Origin: an uncultured Gemmatimonadales bacterium
GTDB taxonomy: Bacteria > Gemmatimonadota > Gemmatimonadetes > Gemmatimonadales > GWC2-71-9
NCBI GenBank assembly: GCA_963739455.1
Contig: CAVUAK010000001.1
Span: forward strand, 736,001 to 800,000
Length of the DNA stretch: 64,000 nt
Direction of reading: 5' to 3'
Below are positions 63,225-64,000 of this stretch, in pieces. Position 1 is the stretch's first letter; every line of letters starts with the position of its first letter. A program made the position numbers and the translations under genes. Below the pieces are notes generated by a model, which was not told the DNA's origin, did not search any database, and was given only the letters and a program-made list of their open reading frames with translations.

Positions 63225-63704
63225 ATGCGCCTTCTCCTGACCCTCGCCGCACTCCTCGCGCCCACCGCTATTTCCGCGCAGGACTCCGCCGGCCTGCCCA
63301 TGCCCCAGATCACTCACGTCGATCCCGCAATCGAGCAACAGATCGTCGCCATCCGCGATACTGCCTGGCGCGCCTACTTCGCCAATGACCAGGTCACCAT
63401 GGGGCGGATCTTCCCCGCAAACTTCATCTCCATCGGCTGGAGCGGCGGACCCTGGCTCGACCGCGCCGGCACCCTCGCCGACGCCGCGAGCTTCGCCTCG
63501 CACGGCGGCAGCCTCGTGGCACTCGAGTTCCCCCACACCGAGATCCAGCTCTTCGAGGACGTGGCGGTGGTCTACAGCATGTATGTGGTGGAGTTCAACT
63601 ACGACGGCATTACGTCGCGTCAGTCGGGGCGGGCTACGGAAGTCTTCCAGAAGAAGGATGGGCACTGGGTGCACCCATCCTGGCACCTCGATTCAGGTAA
63701 GTAG
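63225..63704 (+). CDS. NTF2-like / DUF4440 secreted protein
   Basis: Signal peptide; DVAVVYS, GRATEVF..GHWV. Confidence 0.8.
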   Translation: MRLLLTLAALLAPTAISAQDSAGLPMPQITHVDPAIEQQIVAIRDTAWRAYFANDQVTMGRIFPANFISIGWSGGPWLDRAGTLADAASFASHGGSLVALEFPHTEIQLFEDVAVVYSMYVVEFNYDGITSRQSGRATEVFQKKDGHWVHPSWHLDSGK

Positions 63705-63714
63705 CGCCCGCGCG

Positions 63715-64000
63715 CTAGCCCCGGAGCGCCCGCGGAGATCCCTCGAGTGGGACCCCGACCCGCAACAGCTCAACCCACGGCGCGATGCCATCCGCCACCT
63801 GCTGTGCCATGGCGAGATGCAGGCGGGTAAACGCATCCGGTGCACCTGTGGTAAGGATCAGCGCCCCGCTGATCACACCCCCAGCCCTGAGCGGAAACAC
63901 CAGCTCGATCTCGGCACCGCCTCCCATCACCCCGTGCGGTACCTCCCCGCTGATCACCTTGCTGACCACCGCATGACTCACCGGCGTCGACGTGATCTCG
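63715..64000 (-). CDS. GAF-like domain protein (C-terminal part)
   Basis: VFPLRAGGVISGALIL..DAFT..AQQVADGIAPW; runs off the window end. Confidence 0.55.
   Translation of the reverse strand, partial: EITSTPVSHAVVSKVISGEVPHGVMGGGAEIELVFPLRAGGVISGALILTTGAPDAFTRLHLAMAQQVADGIAPWVELLRVGVPLEGSPRALRG

Overview
A GC-rich bacterial chromosomal window of about 60 protein-coding genes. Gene content and lipoprotein style suggest Gemmatimonadota (inference). I found no rRNA, tRNA, CRISPR array, transposase or prophage. About 15 single-base frameshifts, nearly all +1 insertions, split otherwise intact genes and look like long-read consensus errors. Recognisable genes include selD, rnhA, a thiolase, hbd, tspO, thyX, fbaB, an EF-G paralog, a DmpA-family peptidase, and M1 and S46 peptidases. 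The best candidate for an uncharacterised system is a tightly coupled operon at 29.6-33.4 kb: two divergent Ddl-like ATP-grasp ligases, a GNAT acetyltransferase and a KamA-family aminomutase retaining lysine-type substrate residues, preceded by an attenuator-like leader. Other notable features: (1) an ECF sigma / anti-sigma / twin secreted HEAT-protein locus whose likely promoter motif (GCAACC-N18-TC[TC]A) occurs three times, one copy upstream of a 40-aa ORF; (2) a RAPP-motif leader-peptide gene upstream of a TonB-dependent receptor; (3) a sigma54 module with a pseudo-receiver activator, a TPR protein, lipoproteins with Ca-loop-like motifs and two readable -24/-12 promoters; (4) a dispersed AGTCG(G/T)(C/G) heptamer repeat family with 7 arrays, several translated inside genes.
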